A stretch of 64,000 nucleotides of DNA, from contig CAJULF010000006.1 of NCBI GenBank assembly GCA_910587135.1, positions 8,518 to 72,517 of the forward strand, read 5' to 3'. Source of the DNA: an uncultured Oscillospiraceae bacterium. GTDB lineage: Bacteria; Bacillota; Clostridia; Oscillospirales; Ruminococcaceae. The notes beneath the pieces were generated by a model. That model was not told the DNA's origin. It did not search any database and saw only the letters and a program-made list of their open reading frames with translations. Shown piece after piece: positions 50,162-59,662 of this stretch; the first letter of the stretch is position 1; each line of letters begins with the position of its first letter. The translations under genes were made by a program, and so were the position numbers.

Positions 50162-52537
50162 ATGATTATGTGCACAAGGTGCAAGAAGCGTCCCGCGGTT
50201 ATGTTTATTTCCGCAATAAGCGGCACGGAGAGAAAGAACGAGGGTCTTTGCCTTACCTGCGCAAAGGAAATGGGACTTCCGCAGGCAAGCGAATATCTTT
50301 CGCAGATGGGGATTTCCGAGGAGGATTTTGAAAACGCCTGCGATTCGATGCTTAACGATAACGGCGGTATTGATGACGAGCTTTTGTCGAAGCTTGGGTT
50401 CGACAGCGCCGCTGCCGAAGCTGACGAGGACGGAAAGTCGGACGCGTCCGAATCAAAGGAGGGCGAATCTCTGTTTGAACGCGGCGGGGCGGGGACTGTG
50501 CCCGATTTTCTGAAAAATCTTTTCGGCAGCATGGAGGGCTCCAAGGATTCCCCCAAAAACGGCGACGATTCCGAGGATAATTCCGACCGCCGTTCCCGCA
50601 AGAAAAGCGAAAAGACTGACAAAAAGCGCCGCTGCCTGGAAACATACTGCACAAATCTCACAAAGAGAGCGCAGGACGGTGAGATAGACCGCATTGTGGG
50701 CAGGGAGAAAGAAATATACCGCGTGCTTCAGATACTCTCGCGCCGCACTAAGAACAATCCCTGCCTTATCGGAGAGCCGGGCGTGGGAAAGACCGCCATA
50801 GCGGAGGGAATCGCCCTTAAGCTGGCAAGCGGAGATGTTCCGTTCAGGCTTCAGGGAAAAGAGCTTTATCTGCTGGATCTCACCGCGCTCGTAGCCGGAA
50901 CTCAGTTCAGAGGACAGTTTGAGAGCCGCGTGAAGTCGCTTATCGACGAGGTAAAGAACGCGGGCAATGTCATGCTGTTCGTTGACGAAGTGCATAATCT
51001 TGTCGGCACGGGTGGTGATTCCGAGGGAACGATGAACGCGGCGAATATGTTCAAGCCCGCGCTGTCACGCGGGGAGCTTCAGGTTATCGGCGCGACAACC
51101 TTTGCGGAGTACAGAAAGCACATTGAAAAGGACAGCGCACTGGAGCGGCGCTTCCAGCCCGTTACGGTAAACGAGCCTACCATTGACGAAACCATAGAGC
51201 TGCTCGACGGTATAAAGGAGTACTATGAGGATCACCATAAGGTAAAGGTATCCTCCGAGGTGTCGAGAATGTGCGCGGTGCTGTCCGAGAGATATATCAA
51301 CGACAGATTTCTGCCTGACAAGGCGATAGACCTGCTTGACGAGGCATGCGCCTGCGCCAGCCTGGAGAACACTGCCATTACCGAGTACGAGAGCCTTAAA
51401 AAATCCCTCGAAAAGCTGAAAAGGGAAGAGTCCGAGCTTTCTGAGGCGACCTCCATCGACTACGAGCGGCTTGCGCAGCTGAAAACTCAGATTGCCCAGA
51501 CCGAAGAGAAGCTCACCGGGATCAAGGACAAGGCGGAGAACGTCTGCGTAACGCTTGAGGACCTGTCAAAGGTCATCGAGATGTGGACGGGTATTCCCGC
51601 AAGCAAGATACAGGAAACCGAATTCAAGCGCATAGGAAAACTGGAGGATAATCTCAAATCAAAGGTTATCGGTCAGGACGAGGCATGTGCGCTGGTGGCA
51701 AGGGCGATAAAGCGCACACGCGTTCAGCTCACCGAGCGCCGCCGCCCCGCGTCCTTCATTTTTGTAGGACCTACCGGCGTGGGAAAGACGGAGCTTGTAA
51801 GGGTATTGGCAAAGGAGATGTTTGATACCGTAGACCCGCTTATCAGACTGGATATGTCGGAGTATATGGAAAAGCACAGCGTGTCGAAGATAATCGGCTC
51901 GCCCCCCGGATATGTGGGATACGACGAGGCGGGACAGCTTACCGAGCGTGTTCGCAGAAAGCCTTATTCCGTTATACTTTTTGACGAGATAGAAAAGGCT
52001 CACCCCGATGTTATGAATATCCTGCTGCAAATTCTTGACGAGGGTAAGATAAACGACTCTCATGGGCGTTCCGTCAGCTTTGAAAACACAATTATCGCTA
52101 TGACCTCCAATGCGGGTTCAAGCGTAGGCATAAACGGAATCGGCTTCAGCAAAACCGAGGGAGATATCACCAAAGAACGCGCCATGAAAGGACTTAAGGA
52201 CTTTCTGCGCCCCGAGTTCCTTGGCAGGATAGACGAGATAGTGGTATTCTCTCCGCTTTCCGAGGAGTCCTACGGAAAAATTGCGGCTCTCATGCTGGAG
52301 GAGCTGCGCGGACCGCTTAAGGAGAAAAATCTTGAGCTTAATATTGCCGACGGAGTCTGCGCTGCCATTGCCAAAAAAGCCTACGGTGGAAAATTCGGCG
52401 GCAGGGATGTCCGCAAGGTTATACGTACCGATGTTGAGGACGCTCTTGCAAACGCCATCATCGACAATGCTGATGGAGGTGCTTCCGAGGTGAATATCAC
52501 CGCGGAGAACGGCGAGATAAGGGTAACGCTGAAATGA
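50162..52537 (+). CDS. clpC: ATP-dependent Clp protease ATP-binding subunit (ClpC/ClpE-like, N-terminal zinc finger)
   Basis: CxxC...CxxC N-terminus; GEPGVGKT and [17 protein letters not shown]. Confidence 0.9.
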   Translation: MIMCTRCKKRPAVMFISAISGTERKNEGLCLTCAKEMGLPQASEYLSQMGISEEDFENACDSMLNDNGGIDDELLSKLGFDSAAAEADEDGKSDASESKEGESLFERGGAGTVPDFLKNLFGSMEGSKDSPKNGDDSEDNSDRRSRKKSEKTDKKRRCLETYCTNLTKRAQDGEIDRIVGREKEIYRVLQILSRRTKNNPCLIGEPGVGKTAIAEGIALKLASGDVPFRLQGKELYLLDLTALVAGTQFRGQFESRVKSLIDEVKNAGNVMLFVDEVHNLVGTGGDSEGTMNAANMFKPALSRGELQVIGATTFAEYRKHIEKDSALERRFQPVTVNEPTIDETIELLDGIKEYYEDHHKVKVSSEVSRMCAVLSERYINDRFLPDKAIDLLDEACACASLENTAITEYESLKKSLEKLKREESELSEATSIDYERLAQLKTQIAQTEEKLTGIKDKAENVCVTLEDLSKVIEMWTGIPASKIQETEFKRIGKLEDNLKSKVIGQDEACALVARAIKRTRVQLTERRRPASFIFVGPTGVGKTELVRVLAKEMFDTVDPLIRLDMSEYMEKHSVSKIIGSPPGYVGYDEAGQLTERVRRKPYSVILFDEIEKAHPDVMNILLQILDEGKINDSHGRSVSFENTIIAMTSNAGSSVGINGIGFSKTEGDITKERAMKGLKDFLRPEFLGRIDEIVVFSPLSEESYGKIAALMLEELRGPLKEKNLELNIADGVCAAIAKKAYGGKFGGRDVRKVIRTDVEDALANAIIDNADGGASEVNITAENGEIRVTLK

Positions 52538-53241
52538 GCGTGATCCTTGTCACGGGCGGCACGGGGGCTATCGGAGCGGCTCTCTCGGAGGAGTTTGCGC
52601 GTACAGATGATGTGATATTCACGTATAACTCCAACAAGGAAAAGGCGCGGTCGCTTATGGGAAAACTTAAATGCCTTTGTGCGCCTATGGATATTGCCGA
52701 TGTAAACTCCGTAAATGATACCGTGCGGAGTGTTCTTCGCGAATTCGGGCATATCGACATTTTGATCAACAATGCGGGGATATCGCTGATAAAGCCGTTC
52801 CTCGATACCTCTTACGAGGAATGGCGGCGGGTCATGGACATTGATCTGACGGGAGTTTTCAATGTGACAAGGGCGGTCGTGCCCTCTATGGTTTCGCGGA
52901 AAAGCGGCGCTGTCGTCAACATATCCTCGGTGTGGGGAGTTCACGGAGCTTCCTGCGAGGTCGCTTATTCGGCAGCCAAAGCGGGCGTTATCGGATTTAC
53001 AAAGGCGCTTGCCAAAGAGCTTGGTCCGTCCGGTATAACCGTGAACGCGGTTGCGCCGGGGGTAATAGACAGCCCCATGAACAGCGCTCATCTTACCCCC
53101 GAGGAGATGTCGGGGCTTGCGGAAGATACTCCGCTTGGCAGACTCGGACAGGCTTATGAGGTGGCAAGGGCGGTCAGGGCGCTTGCCGAAAACCGCTTTA
53201 TTACAGGTCAGGTGCTTGGTGTGGACGGCGGATTTTATTGA
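52534..53241 (+). CDS. SDR family oxidoreductase (FabG/YmfI-like)
   Basis: TGGTGAIG, NNAG, 'SSVWG..GASCEVAYSAAK'. Confidence 0.88.
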   Translation: MSVILVTGGTGAIGAALSEEFARTDDVIFTYNSNKEKARSLMGKLKCLCAPMDIADVNSVNDTVRSVLREFGHIDILINNAGISLIKPFLDTSYEEWRRVMDIDLTGVFNVTRAVVPSMVSRKSGAVVNISSVWGVHGASCEVAYSAAKAGVIGFTKALAKELGPSGITVNAVAPGVIDSPMNSAHLTPEEMSGLAEDTPLGRLGQAYEVARAVRALAENRFITGQVLGVDGGFY

Positions 53242-53257
53242 CGATATGGGAGCAATT

Positions 53258-53935
53258 ATGACAAAAGCCGTTATTTTTGATTTTGATTATACCTTGGGGG
53301 ATTCCACGGCGGGGATAGCCCGCAGCATAAATTACGCGCTTGAAAAGCTTGGACACAAGCCGCGCGGGATACCCGAGATACGAAAGACGGTCGGGCTGTC
53401 CCTTAAGGACACCTTTACGGCGCTTACCTCCGAAACCGAAAGTGCGGAGAAATTCGCCGCCCTGTTCCGCGAAAAGGCGGACGAGGTGATGACCGCCAGT
53501 ACCGTGCTGTATCCCGATACCGTAACGGTGCTTAAGTCACTGCGCGAAAAGGATTTTAAAATCGGTATAGTTACCACTAAATACCGCTATCGGATAGAGC
53601 AGATATTGGCGAAATTCGATGCGGAGGCGCTTATTGATGTTATCGTTGGCGCTGAGGATGTAAAAGCGGAGAAACCCGCACCCGAGGGTCTGCTTGCGGC
53701 GATATCGCATCTTGGCGCGGACAGTGTTCTGTATGTTGGGGATAGCCTTGTAGATGCGAAAACCGCTGAAAATGCCGGAACGGATTTTGCGGCGGTGCTG
53801 ACGGGAGCGACTCCCGCAGCGGATTTTGAAGTGCGCGAATGCGTTTGTATCGCGGAAAACCTTACGGTGTTGGCGGATTACGTTCTTGAAAAGGATATGA
53901 GTCGGGTGAGAACAAATCCTGAAAAATCATTGTGA
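53258..53935 (+). CDS. HAD-IA family hydrolase
   Basis: FDFDYTL, KPAPEG, YVGDS..D. Confidence 0.9.
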   Translation: MTKAVIFDFDYTLGDSTAGIARSINYALEKLGHKPRGIPEIRKTVGLSLKDTFTALTSETESAEKFAALFREKADEVMTASTVLYPDTVTVLKSLREKDFKIGIVTTKYRYRIEQILAKFDAEALIDVIVGAEDVKAEKPAPEGLLAAISHLGADSVLYVGDSLVDAKTAENAGTDFAAVLTGATPAADFEVRECVCIAENLTVLADYVLEKDMSRVRTNPEKSL

Positions 53936-53997
53936 TTTTTGTACAAAATGCTGTGAAAACCATGTAAAAGTTTGTCATAAAATAATCAGATAATTGG

Positions 53998-54026
53998 TTG
54001 AAATTCGAGCCAAAATATAGTATAAT
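53998..54026 (+). promoter_or_regulatory. SigA promoter of oadG-oadB
   Basis: TTGAAA-17 nt-TATAAT. Confidence 0.6.
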
Positions 54027-54087
54027 AATTATGATTTTGATTAACCTGCGGCTGAATGCAGCCAAAGGGAACAAGGAGACATTAGAT

Positions 54088-54588
54088 ATGAATTTTGCGC
54101 TTTCTTTACTGTCGGAAGCCGCTGAACAAGGCGTTATAGACAGACTTCAGGCGTTCACGGATTCCGAAGGTCAGTCCATAGCGTCCCAGCAGATGGCAGA
54201 TCCCGATTATTGGGGTTCTGTGGGCATAATCGCTCTGGCGGGAATACTGGTGGTGTTCCTGATACTGGCAATTCTGATTTTCTTCTTCTGGCTGATGGGA
54301 ACGATTTTCAAGGCGGTGGATAACAAAAAGAAGTCCAAGGCTGCCGAGAAAGCGGCGTCTGCCGCTCCGACACCCGCAGCGCCCGTTATCGAGGCAGCTG
54401 AGGATATCGCGGATAACGGCGAAACCGATCAGGACGAAGAGATAATGGCTGTTATCGCGGCGGCTGTTGCGGCATACTCCGAGCAGGACGGCAAGGAGTA
54501 CAGGATACTGGACGTGCAGCGCAGCGGCGCAAGAACACGCTCGGCGTGGGGGCTTGCGGGAATAAGCGATAATACGCGCCCGTTCTGA
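54088..54588 (+). CDS. oadG: Na+-translocating decarboxylase gamma/delta subunit (OadG-like)
   Basis: Single TM 'GILVVFLILAIL', Ala/Pro linker, 'AVIAAAVAAY', 'SAW..AG'. Confidence 0.82.
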   Translation: MNFALSLLSEAAEQGVIDRLQAFTDSEGQSIASQQMADPDYWGSVGIIALAGILVVFLILAILIFFFWLMGTIFKAVDNKKKSKAAEKAASAAPTPAAPVIEAAEDIADNGETDQDEEIMAVIAAAVAAYSEQDGKEYRILDVQRSGARTRSAWGLAGISDNTRPF

Positions 54589-54613
54589 AAACTGACAGAA
54601 AGGAAGAACAATA

Positions 54614-55873
54614 ATGGAAATATTTAGCGATACCATTGGCGGGCTGATAAGCACCTCGGGTTTTATGGGTCTGGATATAAGAAACATTATAATGATTCTG
54701 CTGTCCTTTGTGCTGTTTTTTCTCGCCATTGTAAAGAAATACGAGCCTTTGCTCATGCTGCCGATAGCTTTCGGTATGCTTCTTACAAACCTGCCCTTTA
54801 CGGAGCTTTATCACGCGGAGCTGTGGAATCCCGCGACCAATCCTTATTTTGCTCCGGAGTATATTGAGCAGGGCGCAAACGTGCTTGTGAGCTTCACAAA
54901 AGAAACTTCTCTCGACTATGGTCGGGTGCTTCACGACGGCGGTCTGCTGGATCTGTTGTATCTCGGAGTCAAGCTCCAGATATTCCCGCCGCTTATTTTC
55001 CTGGGAATAGGAACAATGACGGATTTCGGTCCGCTTATAGCCAACCCGAAGAGCTTTCTGCTCGGCGCGGCGGCACAGGGCGGTATCTTCTTCACTTTTT
55101 TGGGAGCATGCGTTCTGAATTTCCTCGGTGCGGATTTCTCGCTCAAGGAAGCGGCTTCCATAGCTATCATAGGCGGAGCGGACGGTCCTACGGCGATATT
55201 CCTTACTTCAAAGCTGGCTCCTCAGCTTCTCGGTTCTATCGCGGTTGCCGCATATTCATATATGGCGCTTGTGCCGGTTATCCAGCCGCCCATTATGAAA
55301 CTGCTCACCACCGAAAAGGAGCGTTCTGTAAAGATGGGACAGCTCCGCGAGGTTTCCAAGATAGAAAAGGTTGTGTTCCCGATTGCGGTTACGGTCATCG
55401 TTTCGCTGATTGTTCCCTCTGCGGCGGCTCTCGTCGGAATGCTTATGCTGGGCAACCTGCTTAAGGAGAGCGGCGTATGCGACAGACTTGTAAAGACAGC
55501 TCAGAACGAGCTTATGAATATCGTTACAATTTTTCTCGGTGTTACCGTCGGAGCTACCGCGGTTGCGGATAACTTCCTTAGCTGGAAAACGCTCTTCATT
55601 ATCGCGCTGGGACTTATTGCGTTCTGCATCGGTACGGCATGCGGAGTACTGCTCGGCAAGCTGATGTATATCATATCCGGCAAGAAGATCAATCCTCTTA
55701 TCGGTTCGGCGGGAGTTTCTGCCGTTCCGATGGCGGCGCGTGTTTCTCAGAAGGTAGGACAGGAAACCAATCCATCCAACTTCCTGCTTATGCACGCTAT
55801 GGGTCCGAACGTTGCGGGCGTTATAGGCTCTGCTGTCGCTGCCGGCGTTCTGCTGTCCGTTCTGGGAGGTTAA
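54614..55873 (+). CDS. oadB: Na+-translocating decarboxylase beta subunit
   Basis: IIGGADGPTAI, AYSYMAL, GVSAVPMAARV, HAMGPNVAG. Confidence 0.95.
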   Translation: MEIFSDTIGGLISTSGFMGLDIRNIIMILLSFVLFFLAIVKKYEPLLMLPIAFGMLLTNLPFTELYHAELWNPATNPYFAPEYIEQGANVLVSFTKETSLDYGRVLHDGGLLDLLYLGVKLQIFPPLIFLGIGTMTDFGPLIANPKSFLLGAAAQGGIFFTFLGACVLNFLGADFSLKEAASIAIIGGADGPTAIFLTSKLAPQLLGSIAVAAYSYMALVPVIQPPIMKLLTTEKERSVKMGQLREVSKIEKVVFPIAVTVIVSLIVPSAAALVGMLMLGNLLKESGVCDRLVKTAQNELMNIVTIFLGVTVGATAVADNFLSWKTLFIIALGLIAFCIGTACGVLLGKLMYIISGKKINPLIGSAGVSAVPMAARVSQKVGQETNPSNFLLMHAMGPNVAGVIGSAVAAGVLLSVLGG

Positions 55874-55876
55874 GCA

Positions 55877-56521
55877 ATGCAGAGAACGGTTACCGTTAAG
55901 GGCGTAGGTGCAGTTTCCCTGAAGCCCGATTATATTGAGATAACCTTGAATATTCTCTCAAAAAGCAGCGAGTACAGTGAGGCTGTCAGCGCTGCGAATG
56001 CCGCTATAGGCAGACTTAAAAGCGCGGTGACCTCCGTCGGCTTTGCCGATGACGATTTGAAAACTCTCAATTTTAATGTTAAAACCAATTACGAGAACGA
56101 AGCGGACGATATGGGAAGATATCGGAGAGTTTTCCGAGGCTATATGTGCGGTTATCGCCTGAAACTTAGTTTTGATATGAACGTAGAGCTGCTGTCGCGG
56201 ACGATTGATGCGATCGCCGCGAGCGGTGCGGACGCTGAGCTTTCCATAAGCTTTACCGTTAAAAATCCCGAAAGGGTGAGCGAAGAGCTGCTGCGTTCCG
56301 CGGCGCAAAACGCGCGGGAAAAGGCTGAAACGCTTTGCGAGGCTTCGGGAGTAAAGATGGGTGAATTGCTGTCCATTGATTATAACTGGAGCGACATAAA
56401 CGTATTTTCCGCAAGCAGCTATGCCGCAGCGGGAGAAGCCGTGAGGGGCATTACCCCCGAGTTTGAGCCGGAGGATATCAAGGCTCAGGACACTGCGGCG
56501 TTTGTATGGGCAATTGTCTGA
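55877..56521 (+). CDS. SIMPL (DUF541) domain protein
   Basis: 'TVTVKGVG.V...PD', 'AAQNAREKAETL' pattern. Confidence 0.8.
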   Translation: MQRTVTVKGVGAVSLKPDYIEITLNILSKSSEYSEAVSAANAAIGRLKSAVTSVGFADDDLKTLNFNVKTNYENEADDMGRYRRVFRGYMCGYRLKLSFDMNVELLSRTIDAIAASGADAELSISFTVKNPERVSEELLRSAAQNAREKAETLCEASGVKMGELLSIDYNWSDINVFSASSYAAAGEAVRGITPEFEPEDIKAQDTAAFVWAIV

Positions 56522-56620
56522 GTGCTCATGTACGGTAAAGAAGCAAGCAACCGAAAACAAGAGAAAAAACGTCGGCACTACACTATTCCGAACCAAAGAA
56601 GCTAAAAACCAAAAGACAAG

Positions 56621-56768
56621 CATTATGGAAATGTGCAGAACAGGCTATGGAATCATGGGTAACTCTGTTTGCAAGACACGGAAAAGCTAAATAGCAGCTT
56701 TCCCGTGTTCTGCAAACAGAGTTACCCACTATTACATGTGATAGCCGGTTATACACATTCTCATAATG
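56621..56768. repeat. 148-bp imperfect foldback
   Basis: Perfect core tgggtaactctgtttgca (56656-56673) / tgcaaacagagttaccca (56711-56728); outer arms cattatg...ggctat / atagcc...cataatg. Confidence 0.9.
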
Positions 56769-56938
56769 ATGATTACGGAATCCCTCTCATATTTCTATCC
56801 AATTATGTTTTATCAAGTGGAAATAAATCTATTTCATTTTTAGAAATGAAGTGTTATAATAAAGTCAACGATAAATCGGAATTTGTATTGAACATTTTCC
56901 ATAAATTTTGTGTTTTACATTATCGGGAGGTTTATTGT

Positions 56939-57241
56939 ATGTTTGAAGAAATATCATTCCCTGAGCATGAATATGAGTCAATTCAAAATTATTTAAATAA
57001 ACTGGGGCATTGCTATACCACGAGGGTATATAAAGAAATCGGGAAATATAAAGTCGGGAAATTATATACTGCCCCATGGGGTGATGTATTGAAAATAGAC
57101 GAAGTAAAAATATACTGGAAAGTATCAGATCGCCCTTTCTATGACGAAATGAATGATGACGAAAAGATAGAAATCCGTAAATATTCTGAAGATATGGGAT
57201 TGCCATATGAATTTATAAAATTTTCTAAAAGTACAGTATGA
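56939..57241 (+). CDS. AT-rich hypothetical protein (100 aa), cassette-like
   Basis: GGGAGG RBS; visibly lower GC than flanking genes; flanked by related quasi-palindromic sites. Confidence 0.78.
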   Translation: MFEEISFPEHEYESIQNYLNKLGHCYTTRVYKEIGKYKVGKLYTAPWGDVLKIDEVKIYWKVSDRPFYDEMNDDEKIEIRKYSEDMGLPYEFIKFSKSTV

Positions 57242-57328
57242 TTATATTTCAACAGCGACAAATTCCGGTTTGCAGAATTGAGTCACTTGAAAATTAAATA
57301 ACTGCCACCCCATCACATCGGCACATGA

Positions 57329-57362
57329 AAGCAGTAAGTCTGAAAAAGATTTGCTGCTTTTA
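57329..57362 (+). terminator. Terminator-like hairpin
   Basis: aagcagtaagtct-gaaaa-agatttgctgctt-ttt. Confidence 0.65.
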
Positions 57363-57640
57363 TGAAGCTCCTAACCATGCATACCGAGGACAGGAGCAAT
57401 CGCCGGAATGCTACCAAAAAGAAAGAGCCGGAAGCGGCAGAAAAACGGATTGCGAAACCCTCCGCTATTTTCAAGTATCGGCAAGGTAGAGTTGCCCGAC
57501 ACCTAAAGCCCGACCTGTCCGACAGTCAGCCGGATAGGGAACGGCAAAATTTTTTACATTTCTTTTACTTCTTTTATCTCACAAGAGCAAAATAAAAAGG
57601 CTTATCATACCGATAGGTCTTTAAATTCAGGGAGGAGAAA

Positions 57641-58198
57641 ATGCATTTTCTGTGTGCCTGCGGCTATTGTTTTCATGATAATTCCGATGCGCTTTCCTTT
57701 AAGGGATATATACTTGCTGACCAAGATGAGGACGAGATGTGGAATATTCTCGGGCGCGCGGAGAAGCCGCATGATGATACAATTGACATAGCGTCCGATG
57801 TGATGAATTTGCTTCACCGTGCAATGTACCAGTGCCCCGAGTGTGGAAGAATGTATATTGAGGATGCCGCGGCTAAATATGAGCTGGTGAGATTTACTCC
57901 CTGTGAGCATGGTGAGCCGATTCCTGATGTAAACAGGAAAATGCTCCTGTCGGCTCACGGGGATAAGTGGCGTGGCTACCTTTATGCACAATGGGACGAT
58001 CCCAAGACCGATTACTGCGAGCATAAAGGAATAATCTTCCCCATTTGCAACCTGCAATTCGACGACCTGTCTTTTGACGATTTCAGCGCGTTTGAGAAAA
58101 GATATTTCGATATATTCCGCGCAATGACCGAAAAAAATATCTTACACCGCGCCCGCATGACCGTCAATAGAGAAACGAGGCACTCATGGGAGGAATAA
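57641..58198 (+). CDS. Hypothetical protein with Cys motifs
   Basis: GGAGGAG RBS; CACG and CPECGR possible zinc ligands. Confidence 0.75.
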   Translation: MHFLCACGYCFHDNSDALSFKGYILADQDEDEMWNILGRAEKPHDDTIDIASDVMNLLHRAMYQCPECGRMYIEDAAAKYELVRFTPCEHGEPIPDVNRKMLLSAHGDKWRGYLYAQWDDPKTDYCEHKGIIFPICNLQFDDLSFDDFSAFEKRYFDIFRAMTEKNILHRARMTVNRETRHSWEE

Positions 58199-58773
58199 TG
58201 AATAAAAGCATAATTATTGTGCAGGGCTATCTTGCCGCTGGAAAATCGACCTTTGCCCTGACGCTTGCAAGGGAGCTTGGCATTCCTTATTTTGTAAAGG
58301 ACACATTCAAAACCGCCATTTGTCAAAGTATTACAATAGACAGCCGCGAGGTCAGCAGCTGCTTCTCCGCTGTAACTTTCGACGCAATGATGTATGCGGC
58401 TGAAAGACTTATGGAAGCGGGTATTCCATTTATAATCGAGGGTAACTTTCTGCCTGCGGGTATCAAGAAAACGGATGAAGCGGGAGTTATACGGTCGCTT
58501 ATTGAGAGATATGGCTGCCGTTCCCTTACATTTAAATTTGCGGGAGATATTAAGGTGCTATATGAGCGTTTTGTAGCGCGTGAAGGTTCTCCCGAGCGCG
58601 GAAAGGCAAATACGATGTTCACAACGCCGACTATTGCCGAATTTGAAACGTTTTGCCGCAATATGGACGGATTTGACATAGGCGGAGAAATTGTTGAAAT
58701 TGATACCACCGATTTTGAAAAGGTGGATTTCAAGAAATATATAAAGGCGGCACAGACGTTTATTAAACAATAA
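58198..58773 (+). CDS. P-loop kinase-like (AAA_33 type) protein
   Basis: GYLAAGKST Walker A; TAATG coupling with upstream gene. Confidence 0.82.
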   Translation: MNKSIIIVQGYLAAGKSTFALTLARELGIPYFVKDTFKTAICQSITIDSREVSSCFSAVTFDAMMYAAERLMEAGIPFIIEGNFLPAGIKKTDEAGVIRSLIERYGCRSLTFKFAGDIKVLYERFVAREGSPERGKANTMFTTPTIAEFETFCRNMDGFDIGGEIVEIDTTDFEKVDFKKYIKAAQTFIKQ

Positions 58774-58890
58774 TTTACCCTTCGTTATGTTGAATCCTAC
58801 CACAGGCAATTTTACTGATTGCGGGTTGACCCCCAAAGTTAGCCATAATATAATAAAGCGGTAATTCCCGATTTTAAGGAGGAAAGTGAA

Positions 58891-59313
58891 ATGAGAGAAG
58901 TTGAACAATTAAATGTTTGTTACAGTAACGATAATGAAAAACGCTGTTCTGTTTTTGTCGGTATCTGTCAGTCGCAGGAATTGTTTGAATAATATTGGGT
59001 GAAAGATTATGAACTTCTGAACGATGACTGTATTGGTTTTGAAATGGGTATTGATTTTGGCATCAACACCTATGATGAAGATTTTGCGGTCATGGTACTT
59101 CAGAAGAAATTGACCAATCAAATCGACGAGCTTGTTAAAGATGCGGAGATTTTTGATATTGAAGCGCTGAAAAGAATGTATCCTAACGGATTGAACAGAC
59201 CTTACAACGCGATTATTATTTTGGATAGGGTGATATATGACGGAGCAGTCAAGGAAGTGAATAATGACACTTTCGGTTATTTCAAATTTTTGGGCGTGTT
59301 TGACAGCTATTGA
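58891..59313 (+). pseudogene. Imm22-like immunity protein gene with an internal nonsense codon
   Basis: AAGGAGG RBS, ATG 58891; in-frame TAA at 58990-58992; 'SVFVG...F..DFGINTYDEDF...YNAIII...YDG' pattern spans the stop. Confidence 0.65.
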
Positions 59314-59490
59314 CCGTTTCAGATGTTGGTGACTGTTCCGGATTATTGGGTATTTCAGCGAGGAATTTTGTAAAATGGGCTTTCATCAACACAAAGGGTA
59401 AAAGGGATCAATAATTTATTATAGCTGCTTTACATCGGAATACACAGACAGATTATGTTTGTGCAAAGTGATGAAAACTTGCAGCTGCTA

Positions 59491-59519
59491 TTGACAAATC
59501 CGATATTATATGGTATAAT
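59491..59519 (+). promoter_or_regulatory. SigA promoter of the MATE gene
   Basis: TTGACA-17 nt-TATAAT with TG. Confidence 0.85.
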
Positions 59520-59536
59520 CATAAAAATTCAATATT

Positions 59537-59615
59537 TGTCATCGGAGAACTGACTGCCGCAGCAGTCACGGTTGATAAGATGTCGAGTGCGCTCGGAAAC
59601 GGGCGCACTATTTTT
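59537..59615 (+). promoter_or_regulatory. Riboswitch-like attenuator leader of the MATE gene
   Basis: Hairpin tgactg-ccgcag-cagtca within atcgg/ttgat stem, then terminator agtgcgctcg-gaaa-cgggcgcact-attttt before the RBS. Confidence 0.65.
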
Positions 59616-59662
59616 GTCTATGAGAGATTTAGCTGATTATTAGCGGAAACGGAGGTATCTTT

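Noticed and set aside
56463..56690. 75-aa ORF as a bacteriocin or signalling peptide
   Set aside because: Overlaps the SIMPL gene, lacks an RBS and runs into the foldback repeat
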